Part shown: positions 47,124-56,773 of the stretch, one piece after another
How positions within the stretch are numbered: position 1 is the stretch's first letter
Layout of the letters: each line of letters starts with the position of its first letter
The notes under the pieces: model-generated
Database searches by the model: none
What the model saw: the letters and a program-made list of their open reading frames with translations, nothing else
What the model was told of the DNA's origin: nothing
Program-made: the position numbers and the translations under genes
NCBI GenBank assembly: GCA_050250895.1
Contig: JBFWNU010000009.1
Location: 38,388-102,387, forward strand
Length of the DNA: 64,000 nt
Direction of reading: 5' to 3'
Source: Vulcanimicrobiota bacterium
GTDB taxonomy: Bacteria; Vulcanimicrobiota; Xenobia; Xenobiales; JADMJV01

Positions 47124-49088
47124 ATGGTCACCGAACAACAGATTTCCGAGTTTCTAAAGCACAGCGAGATCTTCGGGCAGCTCGAGCCCGCCCAACTGGA
47201 GGCCATCGCCAAGGTCACGCGGCTGGTCGAATTCGCGGCCGGCGACGAGATCGTGCGCCAGGGGGACGTCGGCCAGGAGCTTTTCATCGTAGTCGACGGC
47301 AAAGTGACGGTCTTTGTCGAGGACACCAGCCTGGGAGTGGCCCAGCCGGTGCTCTCGCTGGGTCAGCTGCAGTCCTTTGGCGAGATGTCGCTACTCACCG
47401 ACTGTCCGCGCTCGGCCACCATCCGGGCCGATGTCGACACCCTTTGCATCAGCCTGGCCCAGGCGTCCTTCAACTCGATTCTCGAGCAGTTGCCACGGGT
47501 GGCCGTGCATGTCAGCCGCTATCTGGCTGGCCGCCTCTATCAGCAGATCGAGCTGACCGGCGTGCGTTTCGTGACCCTGCAAGAGCATCCGTTCGACCTC
47601 GAGGTCTACGGCATCTTGCCCCACAGCCTGCTCAAGCGCTATCAGGCGGTGCCGCTGCGCATCGAGGGCCAGAGCCTGGTGCTGGCCATGACTCGACCCA
47701 ACGACATCACGGCCGTGGGCAGCCTGCGGGACGCCCTTCCCGGTATGCGATTGACTCCCATGGCTTGCGGCTATGAGGACTATCAAGAATACCTGACGCG
47801 CGTCATCGAGCCGGCCCTGGGCGAGCGGGCGGGCGAGGCCGCTCCGACCCAGGCCTACGCCCTGGAAGACCTCGAGCTGGCCAGCGGCGGGACCGAGTTC
47901 GAAAACAAGCCGGCCGAGTTCTATGCCGAGATGTTGCGCAATTTGATCCTGTTCACCCTCAACTCGCGCGCCAACGAACTGCACTTCGAGCCCTGGCCCG
48001 ACAGTGTGGGACTGCGCTTGAAAGTCGATGGCGAGTTTCGCAGCCACGGTCGAGACGACCTGACCGTCGAGACCTATCCCGGGCTGGTGGGCTATCTCAA
48101 GCGGTTGACCGGGCTCTCGGTCGATCCAGCTCCCCAGGTCGGGACCGCCCAGCTGCGGCTCAAGGGGGCTCCCTTCGACCTGCGTTTAAGCACCCTACCC
48201 ACTCGCTACGGCCAACGCCTGGCGCTGGGATTGGTCGACCCCAGCCAGTCGATCGCGAGCCTGACCGGCCTGTTCCACTCCGAGACCCTCTCGAGCCTGG
48301 TGCGAACGGCCCTCAATCGGGCCGGCGGCACGGTGCTATTCGTGGGCCCCGGCGGCTCGGGGCGCTCGACCTCGCTTTATGCCAGCCTGCGCGACTGCTT
48401 TGGCGGGCGTTCGGACAAACTGGTGGTGACGGTCGAGGACCCTATCCGGTTTGGCCTGGACGAGGTCTTGCAGACCGAAGTGCATCTCGAAGCCGGGCTG
48501 GGCTTTCCCGAGCTGGTCAGCGGCGCGCTGCGCCATCACCCCGATGTGCTCATGATCGACGAGTTGCGCGATCTGGCCACCGTCGAGACGGCCTTTGATG
48601 CTGCCCTGGGCGGGGTCACCCTGCTGGCCGCCTGGCGGGCCAGCGACGCCGTCGAAGCCCTCACCGGACTACGGGGGTTAGGCTGCCCGGCCAACCTGCT
48701 GGCTGGCGCCGTTCGTCTGGTGGTGGGTCAGCGCTTGCTGCGGCGGGTGTGTCCCCATTGTCGCACCGCCGTCGAGCTGTCCTCGGGAGTGCGCAACAAT
48801 TTGGTGCGAGCCCATCTCCTGGCCGAAGAGGGCGACCCTCAGGTGATGGCTGGCAAAGGCTGCTCGGCCTGCGAAGGCACCGGCAGCCGCGACCGGGTGG
48901 CCTGCTTCGAGGCGTTGAGATTCAACGACTTCCTGGGCGAAATCGTGGCCAGCGAGCGGCCCACCGAGTCGATCCGGCGCGCTGCCATCTCGCAGAAGCT
49001 GTTGGTCGACTCGCGCGACTACGCTCGCTGCCTGCTGGCCGCCGGCGAGATCTCGCCCACCGAAGCCCTGCGGGTGTACGGGCAATAA
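47124..49088 (+). CDS. cNMP-binding domain fused to GspE/PilB-family ATPase (degenerate)
   Basis: FGEMSLL..PRSAT; PilB N-domain; GPGGSGRST, TVEDP, DELRD, QRL.R.VCPHC...CSAC.GTG. Confidence 0.88.
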   Translation: MVTEQQISEFLKHSEIFGQLEPAQLEAIAKVTRLVEFAAGDEIVRQGDVGQELFIVVDGKVTVFVEDTSLGVAQPVLSLGQLQSFGEMSLLTDCPRSATIRADVDTLCISLAQASFNSILEQLPRVAVHVSRYLAGRLYQQIELTGVRFVTLQEHPFDLEVYGILPHSLLKRYQAVPLRIEGQSLVLAMTRPNDITAVGSLRDALPGMRLTPMACGYEDYQEYLTRVIEPALGERAGEAAPTQAYALEDLELASGGTEFENKPAEFYAEMLRNLILFTLNSRANELHFEPWPDSVGLRLKVDGEFRSHGRDDLTVETYPGLVGYLKRLTGLSVDPAPQVGTAQLRLKGAPFDLRLSTLPTRYGQRLALGLVDPSQSIASLTGLFHSETLSSLVRTALNRAGGTVLFVGPGGSGRSTSLYASLRDCFGGRSDKLVVTVEDPIRFGLDEVLQTEVHLEAGLGFPELVSGALRHHPDVLMIDELRDLATVETAFDAALGGVTLLAAWRASDAVEALTGLRGLGCPANLLAGAVRLVVGQRLLRRVCPHCRTAVELSSGVRNNLVRAHLLAEEGDPQVMAGKGCSACEGTGSRDRVACFEALRFNDFLGEIVASERPTESIRRAAISQKLLVDSRDYARCLLAAGEISPTEALRVYGQ

Positions 49089-49139
49089 GTTAACGATCTG
49101 GTTGCAAACCCGACGGCTTGGGCGCGCTAGCCTGTTGGC

Positions 49140-50177
49140 ATGATCGTTTCGCGCGCGGCATCCAACCCGGTCCAACGACCGCGACCCGAGCCTTCGGCCC
49201 ATCACGAGCAGGGCGAAAAGCACTCGGCCATCCGAGACTGCTTCGGTCCGGTGGTGGACGACCTCTACCTCTTGACGCGGTTCGTGGGAGTGGGCCAGAC
49301 CTACAAGATGGTCGGCGCCCGTCTGGCCGAGCGCAACCAGGCCAACCCTCCCCTGGCCGACCTCAAGCCGGTGCAGCTCGACCAGCCGATCGTGTTGATT
49401 CCCGGCTGGACCACCCTGCGCGAGGCGTTGCAACCCCTGGGCGACAAACTGACCGAAGGCGGCCGCAACGGCGGCGAGATCGTGTTCGTTCAAAACGGCC
49501 ATTTCTATCTCGACCGCGACTGCCACCGGCCCTTCCAGGGCGATGTGGGCGACGGCGGCCACAAGGTCTTCGAAGTGGTCTTCAGCGATATCCGCAACCC
49601 GCCTCCGCTGGGCGCCACCGAGCTTAGCCGCAACTTCGAGGCCATCAAGCAGGTCACGGGCGTCGACAAGCTCGACGTCTCGGCCTATAGCATGGGTGGA
49701 CTGGCCACCCGGGTCTACCTGGACCGCGGCGGCGACAGCATCGGCAAGCTGATGCTGCTGGGCACACCCAACCAGGGCACCACCTTCGCCAACCTGGCCG
49801 GCGAGATTCTGCGCCGCGACATCGGTTGGGCCATCTCCATGGCCGGACTGCAGGCGGCCGACCTGCCCGCCCTCGAGTGGCTTTCGGTCGACGACGGCAA
49901 AGGCAGCAACCCCCACCTGCAAGACCTCAACGCCCATTGGGACCGGCAAATCGCCAACGTCGATCAGGTGCTAGCCGTGGGCGGTCGCGGTATCCTCACC
50001 CCATCGCGCGGCCTCTTCCCGGTCACCCTGGGTGACGGGCTGGTCGAGGCGGGCGGAATGGCCCCCCCCAGTGGGCCCGTAAAGATTCTCGACGGTGAGC
50101 ATCACCATAGCCACCTCAACAACGATCCCGAAGTTTATCAGACCATGATGGACTACTTCGGCTGGCAACCCGACTAA
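49140..50177 (+). CDS. Alpha/beta hydrolase (lipase/esterase-like)
   Basis: AYSMGG nucleophile elbow, LGTPN.G, GDGLV and HSHL. Confidence 0.85.
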   Translation: MIVSRAASNPVQRPRPEPSAHHEQGEKHSAIRDCFGPVVDDLYLLTRFVGVGQTYKMVGARLAERNQANPPLADLKPVQLDQPIVLIPGWTTLREALQPLGDKLTEGGRNGGEIVFVQNGHFYLDRDCHRPFQGDVGDGGHKVFEVVFSDIRNPPPLGATELSRNFEAIKQVTGVDKLDVSAYSMGGLATRVYLDRGGDSIGKLMLLGTPNQGTTFANLAGEILRRDIGWAISMAGLQAADLPALEWLSVDDGKGSNPHLQDLNAHWDRQIANVDQVLAVGGRGILTPSRGLFPVTLGDGLVEAGGMAPPSGPVKILDGEHHHSHLNNDPEVYQTMMDYFGWQPD

Positions 50178-50245
50178 GGGCCATTCGGCCCGAATTCGCG
50201 TTCGTGGATGACGAATCGCTGAGGACATGCTAAAATGGCGGCATA

Positions 50246-50584
50246 GTGAACGAAAAACGCCGTCGGCAACGGTTAGCAGAAAAGATTCCCCTGCGTCATC
50301 TGGTAGTAGGGGGACCTCCGGGGTCGGGTCACACTATCAACATCAGTGAAGAAGGGGCGGGTCTCGTTCTTGATTCCCAGGGCGTCGCCCCCTCGTTTCT
50401 GATCGTCGATCTATTCCTCGACGGGGCGATCGTCAGAGCCCGATGCGAGCGACGCTGGGAGCGCCGCCGGCCGGGCGGGGTCGAGGTCGGAGTCGCCTTT
50501 CAACCACTCGAGCCAGACGACGCAGAACATCTACGTCGCTGGCTCATGGAGAAGAGTCTGTCCGACTACGGACTTATTTCTTGA
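50246..50584 (+). CDS. PilZ domain protein
   Basis: RRRQR and NISEEG motifs; GVAF. Confidence 0.75.
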   Translation: MNEKRRRQRLAEKIPLRHLVVGGPPGSGHTINISEEGAGLVLDSQGVAPSFLIVDLFLDGAIVRARCERRWERRRPGGVEVGVAFQPLEPDDAEHLRRWLMEKSLSDYGLIS

Positions 50585-51086
50585 CGACCAGGCTGCGCGA
50601 AATCTCGGCGAACGCGCCCTGGTATTTCTTGAAGTTGTCGGGCTGAGAGACTCCGGTAATTTGGTAGATCTTGTTGCCGACCAGGGCGTAGGCCGTGTGC
50701 GACACCAGGGGCGTGCCCTGATAGTTGAAGTCGAACACCAACAGGTTGCCGGGGTTCGAGCCCAACTTGAAAGCCTTGTCTTCGCGGATATTGGCGTTTT
50801 GCTTGGCCAGGCTCTTCTTGTTCTCGTCGGTGAAAACTTTCAAAGTCACTTCGGGCGGAACCGGAATGACCATCACGTTGACGTTGGAATGAAAGCCGGG
50901 ATCGGCCTTGGGAGCCATAAATGCCACCACGGCGCTATTGGGGACCTTAGTGTTGACCGTCCAACCGGTGGGAGGAGTCAGAGAGAACGTGCCGTCGGGC
51001 GAGGTCCAGGGGTCGGCCAGAGCAGGCAGCGCGCTGACCAGAAAGGCCAGCAGAATCAAAAGTCTGGGAAACGTCTTCATCGCCAC
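50574..51086 (-). CDS. Secreted PsbP/DcrB-like protein
   Basis: Signal peptide; FSLTPPTGW, NVNV, Y.ITG. Confidence 0.75.
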   Translation of the reverse strand: MAMKTFPRLLILLAFLVSALPALADPWTSPDGTFSLTPPTGWTVNTKVPNSAVVAFMAPKADPGFHSNVNVMVIPVPPEVTLKVFTDENKKSLAKQNANIREDKAFKLGSNPGNLLVFDFNYQGTPLVSHTAYALVGNKIYQITGVSQPDNFKKYQGAFAEISRSLVVKK

Positions 51087-51135
51087 TTCTTAGGGTTCCG
51101 CAGGCGGACATCCTTCTCCCGAGAAACTTAGCTCC

Positions 51136-52062
51136 GTGCGCCGATGGCTCATAACGTTCGTGATGCTCCTGGCGGTGGTCGGTGCGATGGCCTACTTCCT
51201 CGAGTTCGACAAGGTGCTCGCCATCGTGGCCGGGTGTCGTCCGCTCGACCTGACGTTGGCCGTGCTCTGCTTTCTGGCCGGAACCTTCTGCTACGCCTGG
51301 CGTTGGCGCTTTCTACTGCCGGAAACCACCCCCTGGTGGCCGACCTTTCACGCCGCCAACATCGGGCACGCTGGCAACATCTTGATCCCGGGGAGGGCCG
51401 GAGAGCCGGCCCGGATCGTGGCCCTGGCCCGGATCAAAGCCTGCTCGGCGGGCTCGGCCACCTCGAGCGTGCTGGTCGAGAAGTTCGTCGAATTGCCCAC
51501 CCGGGTAGCCTTTTGTGGGTTGGCCATGCTGGCCGGCCTGCGGCTGGACCCGCACTTTCTCAAAGCCGGCCTGGCGGTCATCTTCGTGATAGGCAGCCTC
51601 TTTGCGGGTCTGCTGACCTTTCAGCATCGGGCTCTAGAGAAGGTCCCGCGCTGGCTCGGGCGCTTGCCCCGCCTGGAGGAGGAGCGGGTCCGGGTCTATC
51701 TCCACGACCTGTTTGCGGCCGCCCACGCCATCGCCACTCCTGGTAAGGCCTTGAGCGTCATCGCCCTGACCGGCTCGACCTGGAGCTTCTTCACCCTGGC
51801 GGCCTGGCTAACGGCCACCGCTCTGGGCATCGACCACGACAGCGTGGGACTGGCCCTGCTCTCGATGGCTTTGGTCACGCCCACGGGACCGACCCAGCCC
51901 GGGTTGTTCCACGCCAGCCTGATCGCTCCGGTGGTGGCCCTGGGCTATCCGAGCGAATCGATCACCGCCTGGGCGGTGTTGCTGCACCTGTATCAAATGG
52001 TGTTGATGGTCGGCCTGGGAGCGCTCGGCTGGCTAGTCCTTGATCGGATCGACCCCACCTAG
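51136..52062 (+). CDS. Lysylphosphatidylglycerol synthase TM-domain (UPF0104 flippase-like) protein
   Basis: AWRWRFLL, N.LIPGRAGE..R, EK..E, PTGP..PG.FH. Confidence 0.85.
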   Translation: MRRWLITFVMLLAVVGAMAYFLEFDKVLAIVAGCRPLDLTLAVLCFLAGTFCYAWRWRFLLPETTPWWPTFHAANIGHAGNILIPGRAGEPARIVALARIKACSAGSATSSVLVEKFVELPTRVAFCGLAMLAGLRLDPHFLKAGLAVIFVIGSLFAGLLTFQHRALEKVPRWLGRLPRLEEERVRVYLHDLFAAAHAIATPGKALSVIALTGSTWSFFTLAAWLTATALGIDHDSVGLALLSMALVTPTGPTQPGLFHASLIAPVVALGYPSESITAWAVLLHLYQMVLMVGLGALGWLVLDRIDPT

Positions 52063-53016
52063 CTGAATCTCGCGCTGACGGGCTTCTTCGGCGTGCGCCG
52101 GGCAGCCTTTGGCCAGATAGGCGCGCACCAGACCCCGGTAAATGATGGGATTCTCGGGATCCTTCTCGGACATCTGCTGGAGCAGGTGAAGATACTTGTC
52201 GATCATCTTGCGCTGGGTGTAGAGCAGGAAAAGGTCGGTATAATCGCTTTGCAACAGCTTGCCGGCGGCATCGAGATCGTCGAAGCGCTTCTCGGCCCGC
52301 GCCACCTCGCGGGAATGCAGCTGGGTCAGCAGGATAAACGAATACTTGCGCACGATGATGTTGTCGTTGGCGTCGGTCACCTGCCACTTATACAAGCTGT
52401 TCTTGGCCATGTTGAACGGGCCGTCATAAGGGAACTTGAAGCGGGTGTCGTTGGTCTTGTTCTCGTAGAGAAACTCGTCCCACTCGTTGAACATCTGGAA
52501 CTTGTAGGGCGGGGTGCCCGAGTTGCTCCAGAACCACACGGGCGGAAAGGCCTCGGCTTTGACGTAGGCACTGAGAAAGATCTTCTCGCGCTCCATCGCG
52601 TCGGCCTCGCCGGCCAGCTCGAACTCGGGCCGGTTGAGTTCGCGCATCAGCATGTACGGAATAGGAATCTCGGTGACGGCCCGGTCCCGCGCGGCGGCTT
52701 TTCTCACCTGGCCCTGGCTGGCTTTGACGTCGCGGAAGGCCATCTTGGCCTCGGTGCTGGGATCGATAATCTCGCGGTGGTCATCGTGGAAAAAGTTGAC
52801 CATCACCTTGCCGTCGTCGGCCGTGCGGATCTCGTCTTCGGGCCGGAGCAGGTCCAGCCAATAGACGGCCCTCCAGTCGCCACCGACATGACGAATCTCG
52901 GCCTGCCCCTGGGTCAAGGAAACGATAGCCACGGGGTTGTTTTCAGCCAGCTCGCGCCGATCCTGGGCGAGGGCGGGCAGAGTGAATAACAAGAGAAGAC
53001 AGAGCAACCTTTTCAT
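52033..53016 (-). CDS. Secreted hypothetical protein (FecR-like N-terminus, TPR-like C-terminus)
   Basis: Signal peptide; G...IR....W......L.PEDEIRT; C-terminal helical repeat. Confidence 0.7.
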   Translation of the reverse strand: MKRLLCLLLLFTLPALAQDRRELAENNPVAIVSLTQGQAEIRHVGGDWRAVYWLDLLRPEDEIRTADDGKVMVNFFHDDHREIIDPSTEAKMAFRDVKASQGQVRKAAARDRAVTEIPIPYMLMRELNRPEFELAGEADAMEREKIFLSAYVKAEAFPPVWFWSNSGTPPYKFQMFNEWDEFLYENKTNDTRFKFPYDGPFNMAKNSLYKWQVTDANDNIIVRKYSFILLTQLHSREVARAEKRFDDLDAAGKLLQSDYTDLFLLYTQRKMIDKYLHLLQQMSEKDPENPIIYRGLVRAYLAKGCPAHAEEARQREIQLGGVDPIKD

Positions 53017-53055
53017 AGTTCGCCAGCCTTCTTCCAGCAGGGTCGAGGTCCTGCC

Positions 53056-53247
53056 TCAGCCCCGGTGCTTGCGCAGCAGGCGCTGGATCTCCCAGCGCCC
53101 GAGTTGCTCTAATAGGCTGACGTGGGGAAGGTCGATGACTCGCTGCAGCACTTCAAAACCCTGGCATCGGCTCTGGTTACGATGGGCGTGCAACTCCTCG
53201 GCAGTGGCGAAGTTACGCCCGCACGAGCAAGCGAAATACAGTTCCAT
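53056..53247 (-). CDS. Small zinc-finger protein
   Basis: MELYFACSCGRNFATAEELHAH...C (C2H2-like). Confidence 0.6.
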   Translation of the reverse strand: MELYFACSCGRNFATAEELHAHRNQSRCQGFEVLQRVIDLPHVSLLEQLGRWEIQRLLRKHRG

Positions 53248-53339
53248 AGTGTCGTTATAGCACGCCCGAGTCGGCCTGGCCAAGGCTTCGTGCCGGGCCG
53301 CGGAGCGGCCTTGGCCGGGTGTATCCCGGCTTGGGCTCG

Positions 53340-53840
53340 CGGGCCGGGCCTGGCTGAAGCGGGCCGCGCCCAGCCATAGCCGGAAGTGTGCGCCGCACAG
53401 CCCGCTATTCCGATTGTGCGGCGCACACTTGCGCCGCACAACGCTGTCGAGGGATTGTGCGGCGCACAAGCCGCCGCGCCGGGGCAGGGGCAAGCCGAGC
53501 TTGGCCTGGGCCGTCGCCAGGGCGGGGCCGGGCTGTCGCGGGCGGGGCGTCGCCTGGGCAGGGCCGGGCCTGGCTAAAGCGGGCCGCGCCCGGCGATAGC
53601 CGGAAGTGTGCGCCGCACAGCCTGCTATTCCGATTGTGCGGCGCACACTTGCGCCGCACAACGCTGTCGGAGCACTGTACGGCGCGCAACCCGCCGCCGC
53701 GGGCCGGGCTGTCGCGGGCGGGGCGTCGCCTGGGCAGGGCCGGGCCTGGCTGAAGCGGGCCGCGCCCGGCGATAGCCGGAAGTGTGCGCCGCACAGGCCG
53801 CTACTCCGATTGTGCGGCGCACACTTGCGCCGCACAACCC
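53340..53840. repeat. Three-unit intergenic repeat with 16-bp inverted repeats (AAGTGTGCGCCGCACA / TGTGCGGCGCACACTT)
   Basis: GCCGGAAGTGTGCGCCGCACAG begins at 53379, 53599 and 53775; REP/BIME-like. Confidence 0.92.
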
Positions 53841-53891
53841 GTCCCGCCGAAATCACGTTTTTTTCAGTCAGCCTGGCTATCTTCAAGTGGG

Positions 53892-55166
53892 ATGATTCGT
53901 GATTGGTCTGTGCTGGTCTACATGGCCGCCAACAACAACCTGGGGGAGGGACTCAAGGGCTGCCTCAAGCACCAGTTAGGCGACCTAGAGCCGTCCGATC
54001 GCGTCACCATCGCGGTCGAGTCGTCCCACCTCACCCAGATCGGCAACACCCATCCTGACCGCGTCAGCCATACCCGCTCGGTGGTTGCTCATAAAGGCCT
54101 TACCGAGCTGGAAAAGATGCCCTATCGCAACATGGCCGATCCGGCCACACTGGAAGACTTTCTGGTCTGGGGCATCAAGAAGTTTCCGGCCAAGCGCACG
54201 ATGATCGTGCTCCAGGGGCACGGAGCGGCCTGGACTCCCACCCTGCCCGACCAGGTCACTCGCATCGACGACAACGGCCAGGCCTCGCTGTCCCCCGGAG
54301 GCATGCCCCGCGGCGGAGACGGCAAACGCAGCGCCGCCATGCCCATCACCGAACTGCGAGCCACTCTCGAGCGCGTCTACGAGCGCACCGGCGTGATGCC
54401 GGCCGTGCTGGCCTTCGACTCGTGTCTGATGAGCAACGCCGAGGTGCTGCACGAACTTTCCGGAATCACCGAGGTGTTCATCGCTTCCGAAGACCGCATG
54501 CACAGCCCCGAGCGCTCGGCCGAAAATTCGCTGGACTACGCCGCCCCGCTCAAGACCATCTTCCAGACCATGAGCGATCGCCTGAACGCAGGCGAGGATG
54601 TCACTCCCCAGACCTGCGCCGGCGACTGGGTGGCCTCAGCCCGCCGCACCTGGACGACTCCCACCCTGAGCGCCTTTGCCTGCGACAAGGCCCCAGCCCT
54701 GAGCCAGGCGCTCGACGCCCTGGCCGAGACCTTGCTGGGCCGGCCCGAACAGGTCAAGAAAGTTCTCGCCCGCACCCGCCACCTGGGCGGCGAGGGTAGC
54801 TATCCCGAGTACGACCCGATGCGTCACCTCTACGATGTCGGTCACCTGCTCGACAACATCCTGGCCGAGTCCACCCTGGCGGCGAGCCACGCAGCCGCTC
54901 GCGCCGCCCGCGAGCGCTACCTCGAGACCCGCATCGCCCACCAGTCTCAACCCGAAATCCACACTGTCTATCATTTCAGCTACGGCACCGAAGACAAAGG
55001 CCGTAAAGCCTTCCCGGCCGAGACCACCACGGGCCTCTCGGTCTGGCTACCCGACAATCCCCGCATCGTGGCTCTCGAGAAGAAGTACGATGCCGACTAC
55101 AACACCCTGCGCTTCGCCCAGGACACCAGTTGGGGCCGACTGGTGGCCGAAGTCAGCGGCAGCTAG
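53892..55166 (+). CDS. Clostripain (C11) family cysteine peptidase
   Basis: W.VLVYMAANNNL, NMADP.TL..FL.W, GHG, FDSCLM..E, ASE, GLSVWLP. Confidence 0.88.
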   Translation: MIRDWSVLVYMAANNNLGEGLKGCLKHQLGDLEPSDRVTIAVESSHLTQIGNTHPDRVSHTRSVVAHKGLTELEKMPYRNMADPATLEDFLVWGIKKFPAKRTMIVLQGHGAAWTPTLPDQVTRIDDNGQASLSPGGMPRGGDGKRSAAMPITELRATLERVYERTGVMPAVLAFDSCLMSNAEVLHELSGITEVFIASEDRMHSPERSAENSLDYAAPLKTIFQTMSDRLNAGEDVTPQTCAGDWVASARRTWTTPTLSAFACDKAPALSQALDALAETLLGRPEQVKKVLARTRHLGGEGSYPEYDPMRHLYDVGHLLDNILAESTLAASHAAARAARERYLETRIAHQSQPEIHTVYHFSYGTEDKGRKAFPAETTTGLSVWLPDNPRIVALEKKYDADYNTLRFAQDTSWGRLVAEVSGS

Positions 55167-55205
55167 CCAGCGGGTCGAGGCGCCGGCGGCGGCGAATTAG
55201 CCAAT

Positions 55206-55898
55206 ATGCGCGCGCTGGCTCTCCTGCTGCTCCTGATTCTCCCGGCCGCTGCCGCTGGTCCCCGCGCCTCCTTTGTCGCGCAATGGAAGGGTGGCCAGGA
55301 GCTTGAGTTCAGGATGAAGGAGTCTCGCTTCTTCGAGTCCGTGCCCCTAGCCAAGGTCGTCGAGTATCTCGAGGCTCACTATCCCGCCCTCACCTTCACG
55401 CCGATTGACGAAGGCTTTGTGGCCACCGGCCCGCACGAGGCGCTCGAGTGGGTGAAGGCCAGAATCTGTCGACTCAGCGCCCACGCGATCCCCGAGCCAC
55501 CACCCCCGCCCTGGTCGGTCGACGGAGTCTGGCTGGGCATGTCGCATCGCCAGGTCATCGGGGCGCTGGGCGAGCCGGCCAGAGTGGTCAAAGTGGATAG
55601 CGGCCTGGAGCTTTCCTACCCCGACCAGACCGTCTATCTTAACTCCTACATCGGCGTCTATGCGGTGTCAGGACGAGCCGTCACTTACCAGGGCCGCGTC
55701 CTGGCGAGAGTCGGCGCGGTCTGGCGCAAGCCGGAAGGTGACTTTCGAGTCAGCCATGTCCGCGACGCAGGCTATCTCTTCTCCGACGATTCGTGCCTGG
55801 TTGTCGAACTTAATAGCAAGACAATCGCGAGGGTCAACTTGCTGGTAGATAACCCGTGGAAGTACACTAGAAGCGTGATAAAGCCAGACCACCGATAG
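55206..55898 (+). CDS. Secreted hypothetical protein (paralog of 56774-57478)
   Basis: FV..W....LEF...ES.FF.S.P...VV..L...YP.L.F and WSVDG..LGMS shared with the paralog. Confidence 0.75.
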   Translation: MRALALLLLLILPAAAAGPRASFVAQWKGGQELEFRMKESRFFESVPLAKVVEYLEAHYPALTFTPIDEGFVATGPHEALEWVKARICRLSAHAIPEPPPPPWSVDGVWLGMSHRQVIGALGEPARVVKVDSGLELSYPDQTVYLNSYIGVYAVSGRAVTYQGRVLARVGAVWRKPEGDFRVSHVRDAGYLFSDDSCLVVELNSKTIARVNLLVDNPWKYTRSVIKPDHR

Positions 55899-55910
55899 GC
55901 GATCGGACCT

Positions 55911-56412
55911 TCATCGAGTCTTCAGAGCCAGACCGAGAAGGTAGGCTCGAGCGTGTGGCGAGCTAGCAACACTGGGCCAAAGGCTCGTGGCCCGTTCGAC
56001 TTGAGCAATCAAACCCAAGACTTCAGTTCTAGAAAAATCGCGAGTGAGATCGTAGTCGGCTTCGTGACGGGCCTCTTGGAGATCGACAAACGTCGAGGCT
56101 ATGACGCGGAGATCAGCCCGGAATCGCACCGGGATGCAACGATTTCCAGGGGTCGGTCTGGCCCCCCCCGAACGCCGCGGAGACGGTTTTCATTCGCTTA
56201 TGCTCGAAGGCCCGCGACACCGCCCGTCGCTGCAGGTCGCGGTCCGCTCCCTGCCCAGACACCACCAACCGGCTAGCCTGAGCGACCAGAAAATGGAACA
56301 GAGCATCGTAGGCTGCCGAAACTGAGCGCCGCAGGCTAGCCTGCTTTGGTCGCCTGGGTTCCTTTCTGGGCAGATGCCTCGCCTGCTCCAGCAGGTCACC
56401 GTGCAAAGCCAT
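55911..56412 (-). pseudogene. HEPN-domain protein, frameshifted
   Basis: LRRSVSAAYDALFH in 56113-56412 continues as ADLRVIASTFVDLQEARHEADYD in 55911-56129; removing one C at 56117-56119 fuses the frames. Confidence 0.75.
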
Positions 56413-56414
56413 CG

Positions 56415-56640
56415 CTAGCTTTCAATGAGTTCCTCAAGACGGCGCGACAGTCTCCCTGGCTTCCCACAACTTCTCGGCGTCGCTGACGACATCAGACCCC
56501 GGTGTAACCCTCAGGAACACCAGCCAAACCGTATTGCCTTCCTCATCAGTGCTTTCACGAAGACTGACGCCCTTCACCCAGTCCGGCAAGTCCTCGGTCA
56601 AACTTCGTTCGAGTTCGGTATTCGGTTTCTGTAGGTGCAA
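56415..56640 (-). pseudogene. Truncated upstream partner of the HEPN gene
   Basis: 68-aa ORF (D..G...W.VFL.V) directly upstream of and co-oriented with the HEPN gene; appears cut short. Confidence 0.4.
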
Positions 56641-56773
56641 GCTGTTCGTACCTCGTTCGGTTTCGGTCGGGACTCGGGCGGGTATCAGTGGAGTTGGCAG
56701 CGAATTCTCCTGAAGTGTCTGCGTTGGCTCTCATTCTCACGGCAAATATCTCCGAGCCGTCGCCGACCGCGCC

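Noticed and set aside
51087-51130. ykkC/guanidine-I riboswitch-like start (TAGGGTTCCG...CCGAGA)
   Set aside because: The downstream conserved elements are absent and the intergenic space is only ~50 bp.
53248-53902. ORFs across the second repeat array, including extensions of the 53056 and 53784 ORFs
   Set aside because: Translations simply mirror the DNA repeat; plausible starts are 53247 and 53892.
56161-56170. C8 homopolymer as a phase-variation switch for the HEPN gene
   Set aside because: The protein-like reading continues past the tract; the frame break fits better at 56117-56119.
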